Counted from the first letter of the stretch, positions 52,565 through 63,139 are shown. The stretch is 64,000 nucleotides of DNA from an uncultured Chroococcidiopsis sp. (GCA_964248365.1 CAXTYC010000003.1:64001-128000), one strand, 5' to 3'. A program made the numbers and translations. The notes: generated by a model not told the origin, from the letters alone.

Positions 52565-55500
52565 GTTCTTAGCCCTTGAAATAGTAACTGCTCCCCAAAA
52601 TGGTCTAGTTGACAGGATGGAATACTATTGGCTCTAGCTTGCGCGATCGCTTGTTGGTTCTCGTTTTCCAAAACAATCCGTGCAGAGAGGCGAGACAATA
52701 AAGCTTCCCATTGAATCTCGCTTAGTTGACCTAGCAAGGAAAGTTCTGGTTCTTCGTTAACCTGCAAATCTTCTTCCATAAGCAGATTGACTGTTGCATC
52801 AGATAGCATTATGGCTGCATCTTCCTCAGCAATGCCGCTAGTATCAATTAGCAGGGTGATGTGATTTTTATCAGGATGTGTTGCGACTGTCTTAATTAAT
52901 TGTTGCAACTCCTCTACTAAAATCTCTTCTGATAGTGACCAATTTGGAAACACGATTAGGTTAGTATCTCGTAAATTTAAAGCTAGGAGTGTTGTTTCAA
53001 TATCTTCCAACCTATCTTTCATGTAAATAGTGAATAAATCTGCTGTCCAGAGCGGATTTTGCACTTGGAAGAAACTTTGAGTTTGACCCGACTCTTGAAA
53101 CCATTTTTGGGTCATCATGTAAGCGCTTTCAGACTCGCGCAATTCAGATATGTCGTTCCCGCCGTGACCAACAATAATTAGATCGTTTAGATCGAGACAT
53201 GAAGCCAATCTGTTTAAAACACTTTCGACTTCCTCTCCCGCACAGGTATGGTCTAAATAGAGAAAGACTGGTTTGAGCTGCGGCAACTGAAAAATCTCAT
53301 TTTCAACTTTAGAGAGGAATACTTCACTCGTAAAATTCCCAAACAGTAACCGATGCTCAACCTGGGGAACAGTAATGCGATCGCCTAAGCTAACTATGTA
53401 ACGGACAGCCTCAATCGCAACTCTTTTAACTTGTAGGTCACTTGCTGGTAAAGCAGACAACGTATCTAGCAGCCACCTACGTACGGTGCTATTACCTTGA
53501 CCAAAAATCATGACGAGTCCTGGCTTATACTCGCCAATTAATTCTTCCAAAATGTCTTTTTCATTATGGGAATAAGGCAATAATTCTCCTGCATAGCAAG
53601 ACCTCTTTCCTAAACGGCTTAACCCCAATAGATCGCGCCATCCCGTAGATAGTAGGCGCACAATTTCGGGGCGCTCCATCGCCATCGTGCCTTGAGGCCA
53701 GTATGTACTGCGGTTATGATACAGCCCGATAGTGCCATCGACACGCAATGCCTGAAGCGAGTTGTCGTTGCAAATTAGTTTCCAAGAGTCAGAACCGAAA
53801 TTGTCATCGTGGTGAAACTTGCCGAAGTGTTGGGCTTCCTGACGTGTTGGGAAAGATATTAATCTGTGAACGATCGCCTGGTTATAGCGGTCTACTTCTT
53901 CAAGCATTTTTGGGAAAACACAGAACTTGCTAAGAGCCGAAGTTTGCTCCTTCGCGCTAACAACCGATAGCCAGACCTCCTGAAAAGCCAGAATTCCTTG
54001 TTGGACAAGATGCTTACGCTCACACTCTTCTTCGCTAGCGTATAGAAGACCGAGTATGGGTTCGACTTCTCCGTTACTGTTAAGGCAATATCCTTCGCTA
54101 GAGCCGATACAGGCACTAATGGTTTGCTCAAGAATCTCTGGATAACGCATCAGGGACTCATTCAGCACACCCCTAGCTCCCAGATTACCGAGATAGGCTC
54201 GCACCTGACCCCCATTCAAGACAACGTTACACGCATTTTGAGCAGTGGCGAGATAACAACCCAGTATTCGGAGCGGGGAGCCTGCGTAATGCAAAATATT
54301 CAATAAGTTACGTTGAATCGTACAGCTCCACCCTAAATCTACGATACCAATTTGCCTGTGGTCTTCAACGAGTGACTCTAGGTAAGCCATCACTAATGCT
54401 CTTGCTGCTGCACTGCTAGCTTCAATCGTCTTCTTTGGCTCACCCTGGGTTAGGATACTCAATAGTTTCCTCACAACTTCTGGTGAGTTTAATTGCTCTT
54501 CGAGTTCTGCCTGCGTTAGTAACTCGCTAAGGTCGCTATGTTGAATGCCAAAACTTTCTAAAATTTCACCAACAGTTAAAGGAGAGCGCCGAGCTATACG
54601 TGGAAGTAGATTAAGCTGCGTGGCTTCGCCAATCGAGGCTAAATTTGTTGCTTGTCGGGAGGTGTAGAAAGGCACAATTTCTAAGTGAATTCCTTGAGCT
54701 GCTGCTGCGCGCTCTAGCATCTTGCCTATAAATTCGCCCTCACGCATCATTGCCAGAACACGTGTAACTCCTGCCTCTCGGAACTGCTGTACGCACCAGT
54801 CGGCAAAGCGCGCCATCATCGGTCCAAGTAGGAATGCACCGTAACGATAATAAGCTTTATCCTTACCAATATGACAATCCAAGCGTTGCACTAATACGCG
54901 CAACGAGTCGAGTCCAGATGAAAATGCGGACCAGGTTTCTACGATGCGGCGTTCGCGCTGTAGCACTTCGTCAATATATGGTGTGGTTCGGTAGTAATGA
55001 AATGCCTTGATGCCAACCTGTAAAGCAGCCTGATAGTCAGATTTCCAATTGTCGCCAAGATGAATCATCTCATTTGGCTGGATACCCAGTTGAGAAACAG
55101 CAACTTGAAATAAACCCCCGTTAACCTTTATTGCTCCAACATCACAAGAAGTCAGCAGTAAATCAATTTCGTTTGTATCGAAGCCATTAAACTGAAGAAT
55201 AGAGTGTAAAGCGTCTGTAGAGTAATAGGTGTCTGATAGAACGGCGATGCGTAGACCACGACTACGTATATACTTGAGTAGTTGAGTTGTGCAGGGATTT
55301 AGGTAGCAGCTTTCCTTTTCGATCTGTAGCTCAATTGCAGCAGCTTGATCTGGATCGGTAACTACGTGCTGTAAACAAGTGTAGATTTCTGTAAGCGAAA
55401 TCTCGATCTTTGATTTTGTGATAAATGCTAATTCCCGTGCATTCTTTTCGGCAGTGATGCGCAGGTTCTGGAACTCTTCATCAGTCACGGGCATCTTCAA

Positions 55501-55785
55501 TAAGCCCAAGTCTACTAGACGGCGACCCACCTCTACAAACAAAGCTACAGGCTCAGGACAAAGGCGCGCTACTAGCGTATCGAAGAAATCAAAAGAAACG
55601 CAGCGGTACTGCTCAGGGAATTTTTCTAGCTCTGTAGCAATGTCTAGCAAACATTCATCCCTTCTCCACATTCTTCCTGCATTTACATCAGCGTTCCAAA
55701 TGCGTTTTGACGAGTGCTGTAACGGGTTAGACATAGAGATAGACGGTGTAAGTTGTGTTTGTGATTCTACAAAAGAGTCTGGCAT
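52561..55785 (-). CDS. HAD-superfamily hydrolase of the polysaccharide-locus type with C-terminal module
   Basis: SFDFFDTL, VLSD, HLGDNWKSD, VDLGWSCTIQ; 4-bp overlap with the GT gene. Confidence 0.8.
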   Translation of the reverse strand: MPDSFVESQTQLTPSISMSNPLQHSSKRIWNADVNAGRMWRRDECLLDIATELEKFPEQYRCVSFDFFDTLVARLCPEPVALFVEVGRRLVDLGLLKMPVTDEEFQNLRITAEKNARELAFITKSKIEISLTEIYTCLQHVVTDPDQAAAIELQIEKESCYLNPCTTQLLKYIRSRGLRIAVLSDTYYSTDALHSILQFNGFDTNEIDLLLTSCDVGAIKVNGGLFQVAVSQLGIQPNEMIHLGDNWKSDYQAALQVGIKAFHYYRTTPYIDEVLQRERRIVETWSAFSSGLDSLRVLVQRLDCHIGKDKAYYRYGAFLLGPMMARFADWCVQQFREAGVTRVLAMMREGEFIGKMLERAAAAQGIHLEIVPFYTSRQATNLASIGEATQLNLLPRIARRSPLTVGEILESFGIQHSDLSELLTQAELEEQLNSPEVVRKLLSILTQGEPKKTIEASSAAARALVMAYLESLVEDHRQIGIVDLGWSCTIQRNLLNILHYAGSPLRILGCYLATAQNACNVVLNGGQVRAYLGNLGARGVLNESLMRYPEILEQTISACIGSSEGYCLNSNGEVEPILGLLYASEEECERKHLVQQGILAFQEVWLSVVSAKEQTSALSKFCVFPKMLEEVDRYNQAIVHRLISFPTRQEAQHFGKFHHDDNFGSDSWKLICNDNSLQALRVDGTIGLYHNRSTYWPQGTMAMERPEIVRLLSTGWRDLLGLSRLGKRSCYAGELLPYSHNEKDILEELIGEYKPGLVMIFGQGNSTVRRWLLDTLSALPASDLQVKRVAIEAVRYIVSLGDRITVPQVEHRLLFGNFTSEVFLSKVENEIFQLPQLKPVFLYLDHTCAGEEVESVLNRLASCLDLNDLIIVGHGGNDISELRESESAYMMTQKWFQESGQTQSFFQVQNPLWTADLFTIYMKDRLEDIETTLLALNLRDTNLIVFPNWSLSEEILVEELQQLIKTVATHPDKNHITLLIDTSGIAEEDAAIMLSDATVNLLMEEDLQVNEEPELSLLGQLSEIQWEALLSRLSARIVLENENQQAIAQARANSIPSCQLDHFGEQLLFQGLRT

Positions 55786-56114
55786 AGCTAATCAAGCGTA
55801 CTATCTACTATACCTACCGCTCCAAAAACAGTAGAGCTAAGAAAGAATACAATTAAACCTGAAATAGTAATTCGTTGAATAGGTCTTTTGGACATAATGC
55901 TTTGTTATAGCTAAAACTTAATCACTAGTTATTAAAAAGGGATATTTTTAGGCTAACCATTTTTTAAGTTAGTAATCGAATTCAGCTAATTTTTTCCTAT
56001 AGTATTGTACCTTCACCATATTCAATAAACTTGCTATATTGATTATTAGTCCCGAATCAGTAACATAAAGTTATTTCAAGGTTTAGTATTTAAAGTAAAA
56101 TTTATAATTATCAC

Positions 56115-56936
56115 GTGAATTATAATTTAGTAAAAATGATTGCTTCATCTCGTCAAAACCTAAATCAATCAATAGGTACATTGGTAGTAGCACTGTTTTG
56201 TATAACAGCAATTGGAGCTTTGCAGTTGCCTCAATTGAATAAGTTAAAAAACAGTTCAAACTCTACATCACTTACAAATCTCAATAAAGAAGTAGAATCA
56301 GAAAAACTGCGACTTAATCTTCTGCATAAATTACCTAGTCTTGGTTTCACCAATTTAGTAGCGGATTGGACATTTCTTAATTTCCTTCAATACTTTGGTG
56401 ACGATGCAGCCCGTAATAAAACTGGCTATAGCCTTAGTCCAGAGTATTTTGAAGTCATTCTAGCTCGCGATCCATACTTTTTAAATGCTTATCTTTTCCT
56501 TTCTGCTAGTACAACTTTGTATGCAGGAATGCCGGATAGAACTATAGCAATAATGGAAAACCAGTTGCAGCATTTGTCTCCTAAAGTTCCATCTAAGTCA
56601 TATTACATCTGGCGTTGGAAGGGGGCTGACGAGTTGTTGTTCTTGGGTAATTCCAAAGCTGCCGAAAAATCTTTTGAAACAGCAGCGCAGTGGGCAAGTA
56701 CTTATTCTGATGCAGAAAGTCAAAACGTAGCAAGAATTTCTCAACAGACGGCTAAATTTTTGTCTAAGAATCCAGCAAGTAAATCAGCACAAATTGATGC
56801 TTGGTCAATGGTTTTAAATAATGCATTTGACGATCGCACCCGCAAGTTAGCAATTAATCGCATTCAAGCTTTAGGAGGTAAAGTGTTTGTTACACCTGAA
56901 GGTGAACTGAAAATTCAACCTCCCAACAAAGATTAA
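56115..56936 (+). CDS. Pilin-locus membrane-anchored helical protein (possibly PilG-like)
   Basis: N-terminal TM, LGFTNLVADWTFLNFLQYFGD, DPYF; resembles proteins found next to cyanobacterial pilA. Confidence 0.6.
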   Translation: MNYNLVKMIASSRQNLNQSIGTLVVALFCITAIGALQLPQLNKLKNSSNSTSLTNLNKEVESEKLRLNLLHKLPSLGFTNLVADWTFLNFLQYFGDDAARNKTGYSLSPEYFEVILARDPYFLNAYLFLSASTTLYAGMPDRTIAIMENQLQHLSPKVPSKSYYIWRWKGADELLFLGNSKAAEKSFETAAQWASTYSDAESQNVARISQQTAKFLSKNPASKSAQIDAWSMVLNNAFDDRTRKLAINRIQALGGKVFVTPEGELKIQPPNKD

Positions 56937-56937
56937 A

Positions 56938-57327
56938 TTAACGATCGCCCGTCCCCTTCTCTTGCTTCAACTGAGCCAACAGTGCTTTATACTCCTGATG
57001 ATTGGGATATAACCCGATCAGCTTCTGCAAAGGCTTCATTGCACCTTTGGTATCCTTCATCTGTAGCCTCATTTCTACTAATCCTTCCAGTGCTATCTGG
57101 TTTTCTGGCTCTTGCTTTAACACCACTTCATACTCATGTTCCTCTGCTTTGAGTTGAGATTGTCGTAATTGGTTTTGCGATGATGTAGGTGCTGCTGATG
57201 CAGTTTGATTCTGGGTAGGTTGCTTGAGCGCACTATTAACAGTGTTGATTGCGCCAAACAAAATCGAGCCACCAAATGAAACAACTGATACTACAACTGC
57301 AATTCGTTCAATAGGTCGTTTCGACAT
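56938..57327 (-). CDS. Membrane-anchored TPR protein
   Basis: YEVVLKQEPENQIALEGLV..PLQKLI. Confidence 0.7.
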   Translation of the reverse strand: MSKRPIERIAVVVSVVSFGGSILFGAINTVNSALKQPTQNQTASAAPTSSQNQLRQSQLKAEEHEYEVVLKQEPENQIALEGLVEMRLQMKDTKGAMKPLQKLIGLYPNHQEYKALLAQLKQEKGTGDR

Positions 57328-58035
57328 ACTGTTTTCTTATTCCTAGAATTAATGGGATCTCAAAGGGATATTTTTAAGCTACCCACTTCTTTTCATGTAG
57401 CGATCGCATTAATTCGATTTTCTTCACACAAGCCTCATCTAAGAAATTACAAGGCTATTTAAAGCTACTGCTATTAGATGGAGAAAGCGAAATTCTACTG
57501 AAACTTTAGTCCTATTTCTGAACTACTGCTGTTTCGCTTCAGTGAATGTACGGAAGGCAAAGATGATTGCTTCTTGCTTTTATATAAATTGGATGCGGTG
57601 CATAAGCGTAGCGAGAACGAGTAATCGCTCTTAGGGTAGAAATTACAGCAACCATGAGAACACCGAATATCCTTGTCACTCAAATCTAAAAATTTATTAT
57701 TTTAAGTTACAATAGTTATTGCAGTGCTACATGAACTGCTTTTCTATCTGACGAAAGCCAGTGTGCCAATTCGTCTCAATATTAAGGTATCATCTAAAGT
57801 AAATAACTTCATCGCTAACATTAACAACGTTTTCATTCAAATAGCAATCGATAGAGTAGGGATTTCCGTACTTGGGGCGATCGCCTATTAACTTGTCAAA
57901 ATCTCTGTGATAGAGTAAAAGAGTAAAGTGTTGCTTCCACACCGAAGAAAACTCCACGCATCGGTGTTAAATCAAAATTTGGAAGCATATCAGGTCAAGT
58001 ATTTACCAAACACAATCTGAATTTAATCGAAAATT

Positions 58036-58257
58036 ATGGCTCAGCCAGTTATGCACCCGATGGTGAAGTTCCAGCACCATGTACGTTCACTAGTAGAATC
58101 CAAAGTTATCAAGCCAAATGATAGTATCTGGAAGATTGCTTTACTTTTCGGCAATGAGTGGTCTTACTGGAAACAAGAACTATCAGACTTTGGCTTTACC
58201 ATGCAAGACCCTGTAGGTGATTTGCTAGCAGTTGAGGGTTGGGATGAGGAGGAGTAA
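58036..58257 (+). CDS. DUF4327 family protein
   Basis: HPMVKFQ..VRSLV, WKQELSDFGFTMQDPV, WDEE. Confidence 0.8.
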   Translation: MAQPVMHPMVKFQHHVRSLVESKVIKPNDSIWKIALLFGNEWSYWKQELSDFGFTMQDPVGDLLAVEGWDEEE

Positions 58258-58260
58258 CTC

Positions 58261-59571
58261 TTATTGACAAGCGCTTAAGGCTGCTGCAAGCTCAAGGGCA
58301 GTGGCATAGCGATCGCTGGGATGAGATTGTGTCACCCGCTCAATTACTTTCCTTAATTGAGGGGTGATAGTAGGAACGCTTTCAAGTGCAAATCGATAAC
58401 CCCTGTTGTATGGTCGATAAAACTTAAATGGCGCTTCGCCTGTGAGCAAAAAAATTAGAGTAGGTCCGATCGCATAAAGATCTGACTGAATAAGTGGCTG
58501 TCCTCTCTCTTGTTCGGGAGCGCAGTAACCTTCAGCACCAATCCGCGTAGCAAATGCTGTACCCGTTTCTTTGACAGCTCCAAAGTCTAGTACTACAATC
58601 CGGTTATCTACGGTTCGGAGCATCAAATTAGCGGGTTTAATATCACGGTGGATCAGCGGTGGCTCCCCGCTGTGGATGTAGTCTAAGACATTACAAGTTT
58701 GAAGCATCCAGGCGATCGCACGAGCTGGGGTACATGGTCCTTTTTGGTAAACGAGTTGTTCTAAATTTTGACCGTGAATCAGTTCCATCGCCAGGTATTT
58801 TTTGCCTGATTCCACGAAGAAATCGTAATACTTTGGAATTCCCGGATGGTGCAGCGTCTTAAGAGTATGCGCCTCTCGTTCAAATAGTTCTTGGGCTTTA
58901 GCAACTTTGGCTAGATCCGCATTCATTTCCTTCAACACCAATAGCTGCGGCTTATCTCCCCCAGCTAAATTCCCCCCGTGCAAGTTTCTGCTATTTGGAT
59001 TCCAAGCGAGGTAGGTAGTACCCATTCCCCCTTGTCCGAGTATGCGTAATACTTGATATTGCCTAATCGTTTGCAGCACACTAAGCGGTTGACCGCAGTG
59101 GATACAGAATAAATTCCCAGGAGAATTACCGCTATGAGTGCAAGCACCAGAGGCTAGAGGCGAGAGGCTGTTCTCCCCCTGCTCCACGCCAGTTTGCTCA
59201 ACGGGGGGAACCCCCGCACCTTTCTGGCTCCCCTGCTCCCCTACACTCGTCCCTCCTGCTTCTAGTAGAAACTTCAGGGTAGGTCCTCCCCTTGCTAGCT
59301 GAATCAGGGAATCATTATTGAGTAAGCTTTGAGACACCAATGTGCCATCAAGGAATGTTCCATTTGTCCCCTGATTCACTAGCTGCCAAGAATTACTCGG
59401 CGCGGTAGAATCTATACGCCGCAGTTCCAAATGATACCGCGAAACCAGGGGATTAGTTAGAATAACATCATTATCGGGAGCGCGACCAATCCGTATTAAG
59501 GATTTATCCTCAAACTGCCACTGTTGCAGTTGCCTCGTTTGTTGTGGATGTAATAAATACAACGTGACCAC
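58261..59571 (-). CDS. FHA-domain Ser/Thr protein kinase with zinc ribbon
   Basis: IGRAPDND, VSRYH, GTNGT (FHA); GQGGMG, HRDIKPAN, DFG. Confidence 0.93.
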   Translation of the reverse strand: MVTLYLLHPQQTRQLQQWQFEDKSLIRIGRAPDNDVILTNPLVSRYHLELRRIDSTAPSNSWQLVNQGTNGTFLDGTLVSQSLLNNDSLIQLARGGPTLKFLLEAGGTSVGEQGSQKGAGVPPVEQTGVEQGENSLSPLASGACTHSGNSPGNLFCIHCGQPLSVLQTIRQYQVLRILGQGGMGTTYLAWNPNSRNLHGGNLAGGDKPQLLVLKEMNADLAKVAKAQELFEREAHTLKTLHHPGIPKYYDFFVESGKKYLAMELIHGQNLEQLVYQKGPCTPARAIAWMLQTCNVLDYIHSGEPPLIHRDIKPANLMLRTVDNRIVVLDFGAVKETGTAFATRIGAEGYCAPEQERGQPLIQSDLYAIGPTLIFLLTGEAPFKFYRPYNRGYRFALESVPTITPQLRKVIERVTQSHPSDRYATALELAAALSACQ

Positions 59572-59575
59572 ACAA

Positions 59576-61600
59576 TTATTGCTCCAACTTTGGTCGCACT
59601 TTTAACCGAATTAATATAGCAGTGATGTTATCGTGTCCATTGTACTGATTTGCTAAATCAATTAATTCACTAACTCCACGCTGTAAGCTATTTCCTGAAG
59701 TGAGCAGTGGTTCGAGATGAGTTTGCCAATGATGCTCCAATAGACCATTATCTGACACACCATCAGATACTAATAATAGCAGCGTGTCTTCATTCAGTTC
59801 AAAAAACTGCACATCAGGATGAACATAATTTTCATCTCTAGGTCCCAAAGCTTGAGTGAGTTGATATGCATCGGGACGGGCATACGCAATTTCTGGTTCT
59901 ACTCCGCGCAAAATTTCTCGCTGACCCACTTCATGATCTAGAGTTACTTGTACTAGTCCTGGTTTGCGCGCAAGTCTGTAGAGGCGGCTATCTCCTACAT
60001 GAGCTACCGCTATTTGGTTATTATGGAGCAACACTAGTACCAAAGTAGTACCCATGCGCCCAACTCCAGAACGGGCATCTTGCTGATTAAGATCGTAGAT
60101 AGCTTGGTTGGCTAAAAATATTCCCTTGCGGATTACATCTTCAGTTGGTAGAGGTTGACTTGGTTGCCATTGGGTTTGAAAATATTGCTGGAGGGTTTTC
60201 ACGGCCAGATCGCTTGCTACTTCGCCGCCTGCGTGTCCACCCATACCATCGCAGAGGATATAAATACCTCGTGCTTCAAGCGTCCGGTTGTTAGGAAATT
60301 CAATTTTATCAATTGACGTGGCAATGCCAAAGCAGTCTTCATTATGATGGCGTTGGCGACCTACGTCTGTGCCGCCTGCTTCTTCTATATTGACTAAATG
60401 CATTGGCAGCACGAGGGTTGGTAATTCCTCGCTTCTCATTAGGTCTTGTGATTCATTCATTTGTATTACTGTAGGTGCGGCAGAGTTAATAGCAGAGTTA
60501 TTCAAAGTTACTCCAACTTCTGCCTGATTGACAGCTGCTTGTGATGCTGCATTTGATACAGACGGCAAGTTGGAGGTAGAAGTAATACCCACTTGCAATT
60601 CACTGACGATCGCTTCTAAGCGCGATCGCAGATCATCTGTTGTCTGAATATTACCTGCTTGTAAATCAGTCATCAGCTCAACTAAAGAGCCAAACTTGGT
60701 GCGTTGTGACTGGTGAAATAACCACTGCCACACTTGTCCCAAATCTTGTACTGTATAAGTTCTAGCTTCAGAATCGGCATACAAGCGTTGTAGCCCTAAC
60801 CTCCCTGCAAAATCAACTCGCAAATTAGACAACTCTAAAAGACTTTGGCGACAACCCCAAGGTGACAAAATTACCCAAAGTTGCACCATATCGTCAAACC
60901 ATTGCACAATCTGCAATGGTGTAGTTTGGTTATCGTGCCACAGGTGAATAAGTTCCCGCCAATCTGAACGATCTGCAATTAATAGCACTTGTTGGTTTCC
61001 CTGCTGCCAAGCATCATGGATGGTGGGTAACTTTTGTCCTAACGAAGATTGCAGAGCAATGTAAGTTTTGGCGATCGCGGGAATTGTCTGTGACATCATT
61101 AAATTTGCCCCCGCCTCCAGCAGTGATAGCTGGAATGGCTGAGTGTCCAGCACTCTTACTTGCGCTTCCTTGCGGGTGTCCCCTAATTCTAAGGGTTCTA
61201 GCAACTGATAGCGTTGCTGTGGGTCTAAATATGAGGGGCTTGGGGCTAGAGGCTGGGGGCTAGAGGAGGGGCTAGAGGCTGGGGGCTGGGGGCTGGGGAA
61301 CTCACTGTTAGTCTGCTCTTTGGTTTCCCTAGTCTCTAGTCTCAAGCCCCTAGTCTCTTCCCTAGTCCCTGCGCCGCCCCTAGCCCCTTCCCCCGTCTCT
61401 AGTCCCAACCCCCTAGCCTCTGTAATGATTGCCCACCAAACTGTTCCTGTCTTAGTACCACAGCTTGAACACTGTTGTTGATTTAAAGCTACATGAGTGT
61501 CACATTCTGGACAAACCTTGTAAGTCAAAGGAGTGCCACAGCCTTGACAAAACTTGTTGGTATTTGGGTTGGCAAACTGGCACTGGGGGCAAATCAGCAT
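59576..61600 (-). CDS. PP2C-family Ser/Thr phosphatase with double zinc ribbon
   Basis: CPQC..CQGC..CPEC; NED, CDGMGGH, HVGDSR, SDG, HDNIT. Confidence 0.92.
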   Translation of the reverse strand: MLICPQCQFANPNTNKFCQGCGTPLTYKVCPECDTHVALNQQQCSSCGTKTGTVWWAIITEARGLGLETGEGARGGAGTREETRGLRLETRETKEQTNSEFPSPQPPASSPSSSPQPLAPSPSYLDPQQRYQLLEPLELGDTRKEAQVRVLDTQPFQLSLLEAGANLMMSQTIPAIAKTYIALQSSLGQKLPTIHDAWQQGNQQVLLIADRSDWRELIHLWHDNQTTPLQIVQWFDDMVQLWVILSPWGCRQSLLELSNLRVDFAGRLGLQRLYADSEARTYTVQDLGQVWQWLFHQSQRTKFGSLVELMTDLQAGNIQTTDDLRSRLEAIVSELQVGITSTSNLPSVSNAASQAAVNQAEVGVTLNNSAINSAAPTVIQMNESQDLMRSEELPTLVLPMHLVNIEEAGGTDVGRQRHHNEDCFGIATSIDKIEFPNNRTLEARGIYILCDGMGGHAGGEVASDLAVKTLQQYFQTQWQPSQPLPTEDVIRKGIFLANQAIYDLNQQDARSGVGRMGTTLVLVLLHNNQIAVAHVGDSRLYRLARKPGLVQVTLDHEVGQREILRGVEPEIAYARPDAYQLTQALGPRDENYVHPDVQFFELNEDTLLLLVSDGVSDNGLLEHHWQTHLEPLLTSGNSLQRGVSELIDLANQYNGHDNITAILIRLKVRPKLEQ

Positions 61601-61768
61601 CGTATAACTTCCTTTATTCCCTGGGAGCATTTCTAGCTCCTAAGACGGTAGAAAACTTGCTATGCATCCAAGTTGCCACAAGTTATTTTTTCTTGCCATG
61701 TAAAAAAGTGAACTGATGATAATTGCAGGATACAGCAAGGGTAGACCTATTGCACCTGTGATGGAAAC

Positions 61769-61848
61769 AAAAAAATGGGGGAGGTTTCAAGCTTTGTGAT
61801 TAATCTCGTGGGTAGGAGAAATATCTAAATAAACCTCCCCCATTTTTT
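61769..61848. terminator. Stem-loop downstream of rluE
   Basis: AAAATGGGGGAGGTTT...AAACCTCCCCCATTTT. Confidence 0.55.
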
Positions 61849-61926
61849 CTAATTTTATCTGTGACCAACCACATAGACAGGCGATCGCACAGTCTGGACT
61901 AACCACATATTTTATTCTATGATTGT

Positions 61927-62517
61927 TTAAGCACGCGTCAGTTTTAGCAGTAAATTTAGTTCATCACCAGTTAGATCGCGCCATTGTCCTGGTTGAAGTT
62001 CTCCTAATTTAAGGTGGGCGATCGCTACTCGCACTAAGCGCAATGTTGGAAACCCTACCTTTGCCGTCATTCGTCGCACCTGCCGATTTTTACCTTCAGT
62101 CAGGATAATCTCTAGCCATGCTGTTGGGACATTTTTCCGAAATCGAATCGGGGGATCTCTGGGCGGTAAGGCAACAAAGTTGAGCAACTGTACTTTTGCT
62201 CGTCGAGTACGATAATTATCAATTGTCACGCCTTTTTGCAGCAAGGCGATCGCAGCCGCGTCTGGAATTCTTTCTACTTGCGCCCAGTACGTGCGTGGAT
62301 GTTCAAACCGAGGATGAGACAGTCGGTATTGCAATTGCCCATGATTAGTCAACAGCATTAGTCCCTCACTATCCCAGTCCAAACGCCCCACCGGATAAAC
62401 TTCAGGAATCGATATATAATTTTTCAGTGTGCGTCGACCAGTTTCACTACTATCATCTGTAAACTGACTCAAAACGCCATAGGGTTTATAAAATAGAACG
62501 TATCGGTACTTGCCCAT
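61927..62517 (-). CDS. rluE: 23S rRNA pseudouridine synthase E
   Basis: KPYGVLSQF, GRLDWDSEGL, EGKNRQVRRMTA. Confidence 0.9.
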   Translation of the reverse strand: MGKYRYVLFYKPYGVLSQFTDDSSETGRRTLKNYISIPEVYPVGRLDWDSEGLMLLTNHGQLQYRLSHPRFEHPRTYWAQVERIPDAAAIALLQKGVTIDNYRTRRAKVQLLNFVALPPRDPPIRFRKNVPTAWLEIILTEGKNRQVRRMTAKVGFPTLRLVRVAIAHLKLGELQPGQWRDLTGDELNLLLKLTRA

Positions 62518-62667
62518 CTGTTAGCTGTTAGCTGTTAAAAGAAAAGGGAAAAGGGAAAAGGGTAAAGGGTAAAGGGTAAAGGTAATTTCTCCCCCAGATC
62601 CCCTTTGCTTCTTTGCAGGCATCTTGCCTGCGCTACCCCAGTTCCCCCACTCCCTAGCCCCTAGCCC

Positions 62668-63111
62668 CTAGCCCCTAGCCCCTAGCCCCTCTTCTAACAC
62701 AAACAAGTCTAGTGGTAAATAACCGTAAGTGCCGTTAATTGATTCATCGAGTGAAGATTGGCAGGATACCAATACTCCCCGATACGTACCTGTGTAGCAA
62801 TCGAGATAATATTTTTGGTTCTGACCGTTAAATTTTATGTAAACTGCACTCTCACTAGAAGTAATATCAGAATTGATGGTTACTTCATCGCCTAAAGCCT
62901 TGAGATAGGATTGCAAAGCTGATAACCCTTGGGCTGCCGTATCAGCGCAAATGCCAAGATTATGGTAATCTGACAAGCTTGTAAGTAGTAATAGCGCCTG
63001 AGCAATTAGAGCTTTTTGGGGTTCTGGTTCTACCTTTGCTTCAACACAACCGAAAGACTCAAGCAACGAGCGCGCTGATTCGACAGTAAGATTATTTAAA
63101 GATGTAGACAT
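62668..63111 (-). CDS. DUF1824 family protein
   Basis: LGICAD, VYIKFN, YRGVLVSCQ, TYGYLPLDLF. Confidence 0.8.
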   Translation of the reverse strand: MSTSLNNLTVESARSLLESFGCVEAKVEPEPQKALIAQALLLLTSLSDYHNLGICADTAAQGLSALQSYLKALGDEVTINSDITSSESAVYIKFNGQNQKYYLDCYTGTYRGVLVSCQSSLDESINGTYGYLPLDLFVLEEGLGARG

Positions 63112-63139
63112 GAATGTTGAGGTGACACCAATAACTTTC

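Noticed and set aside
57328..58035. Long intergenic region as a possible sRNA locus
   Set aside because: No recognisable RNA family, terminator or ORF that I can support
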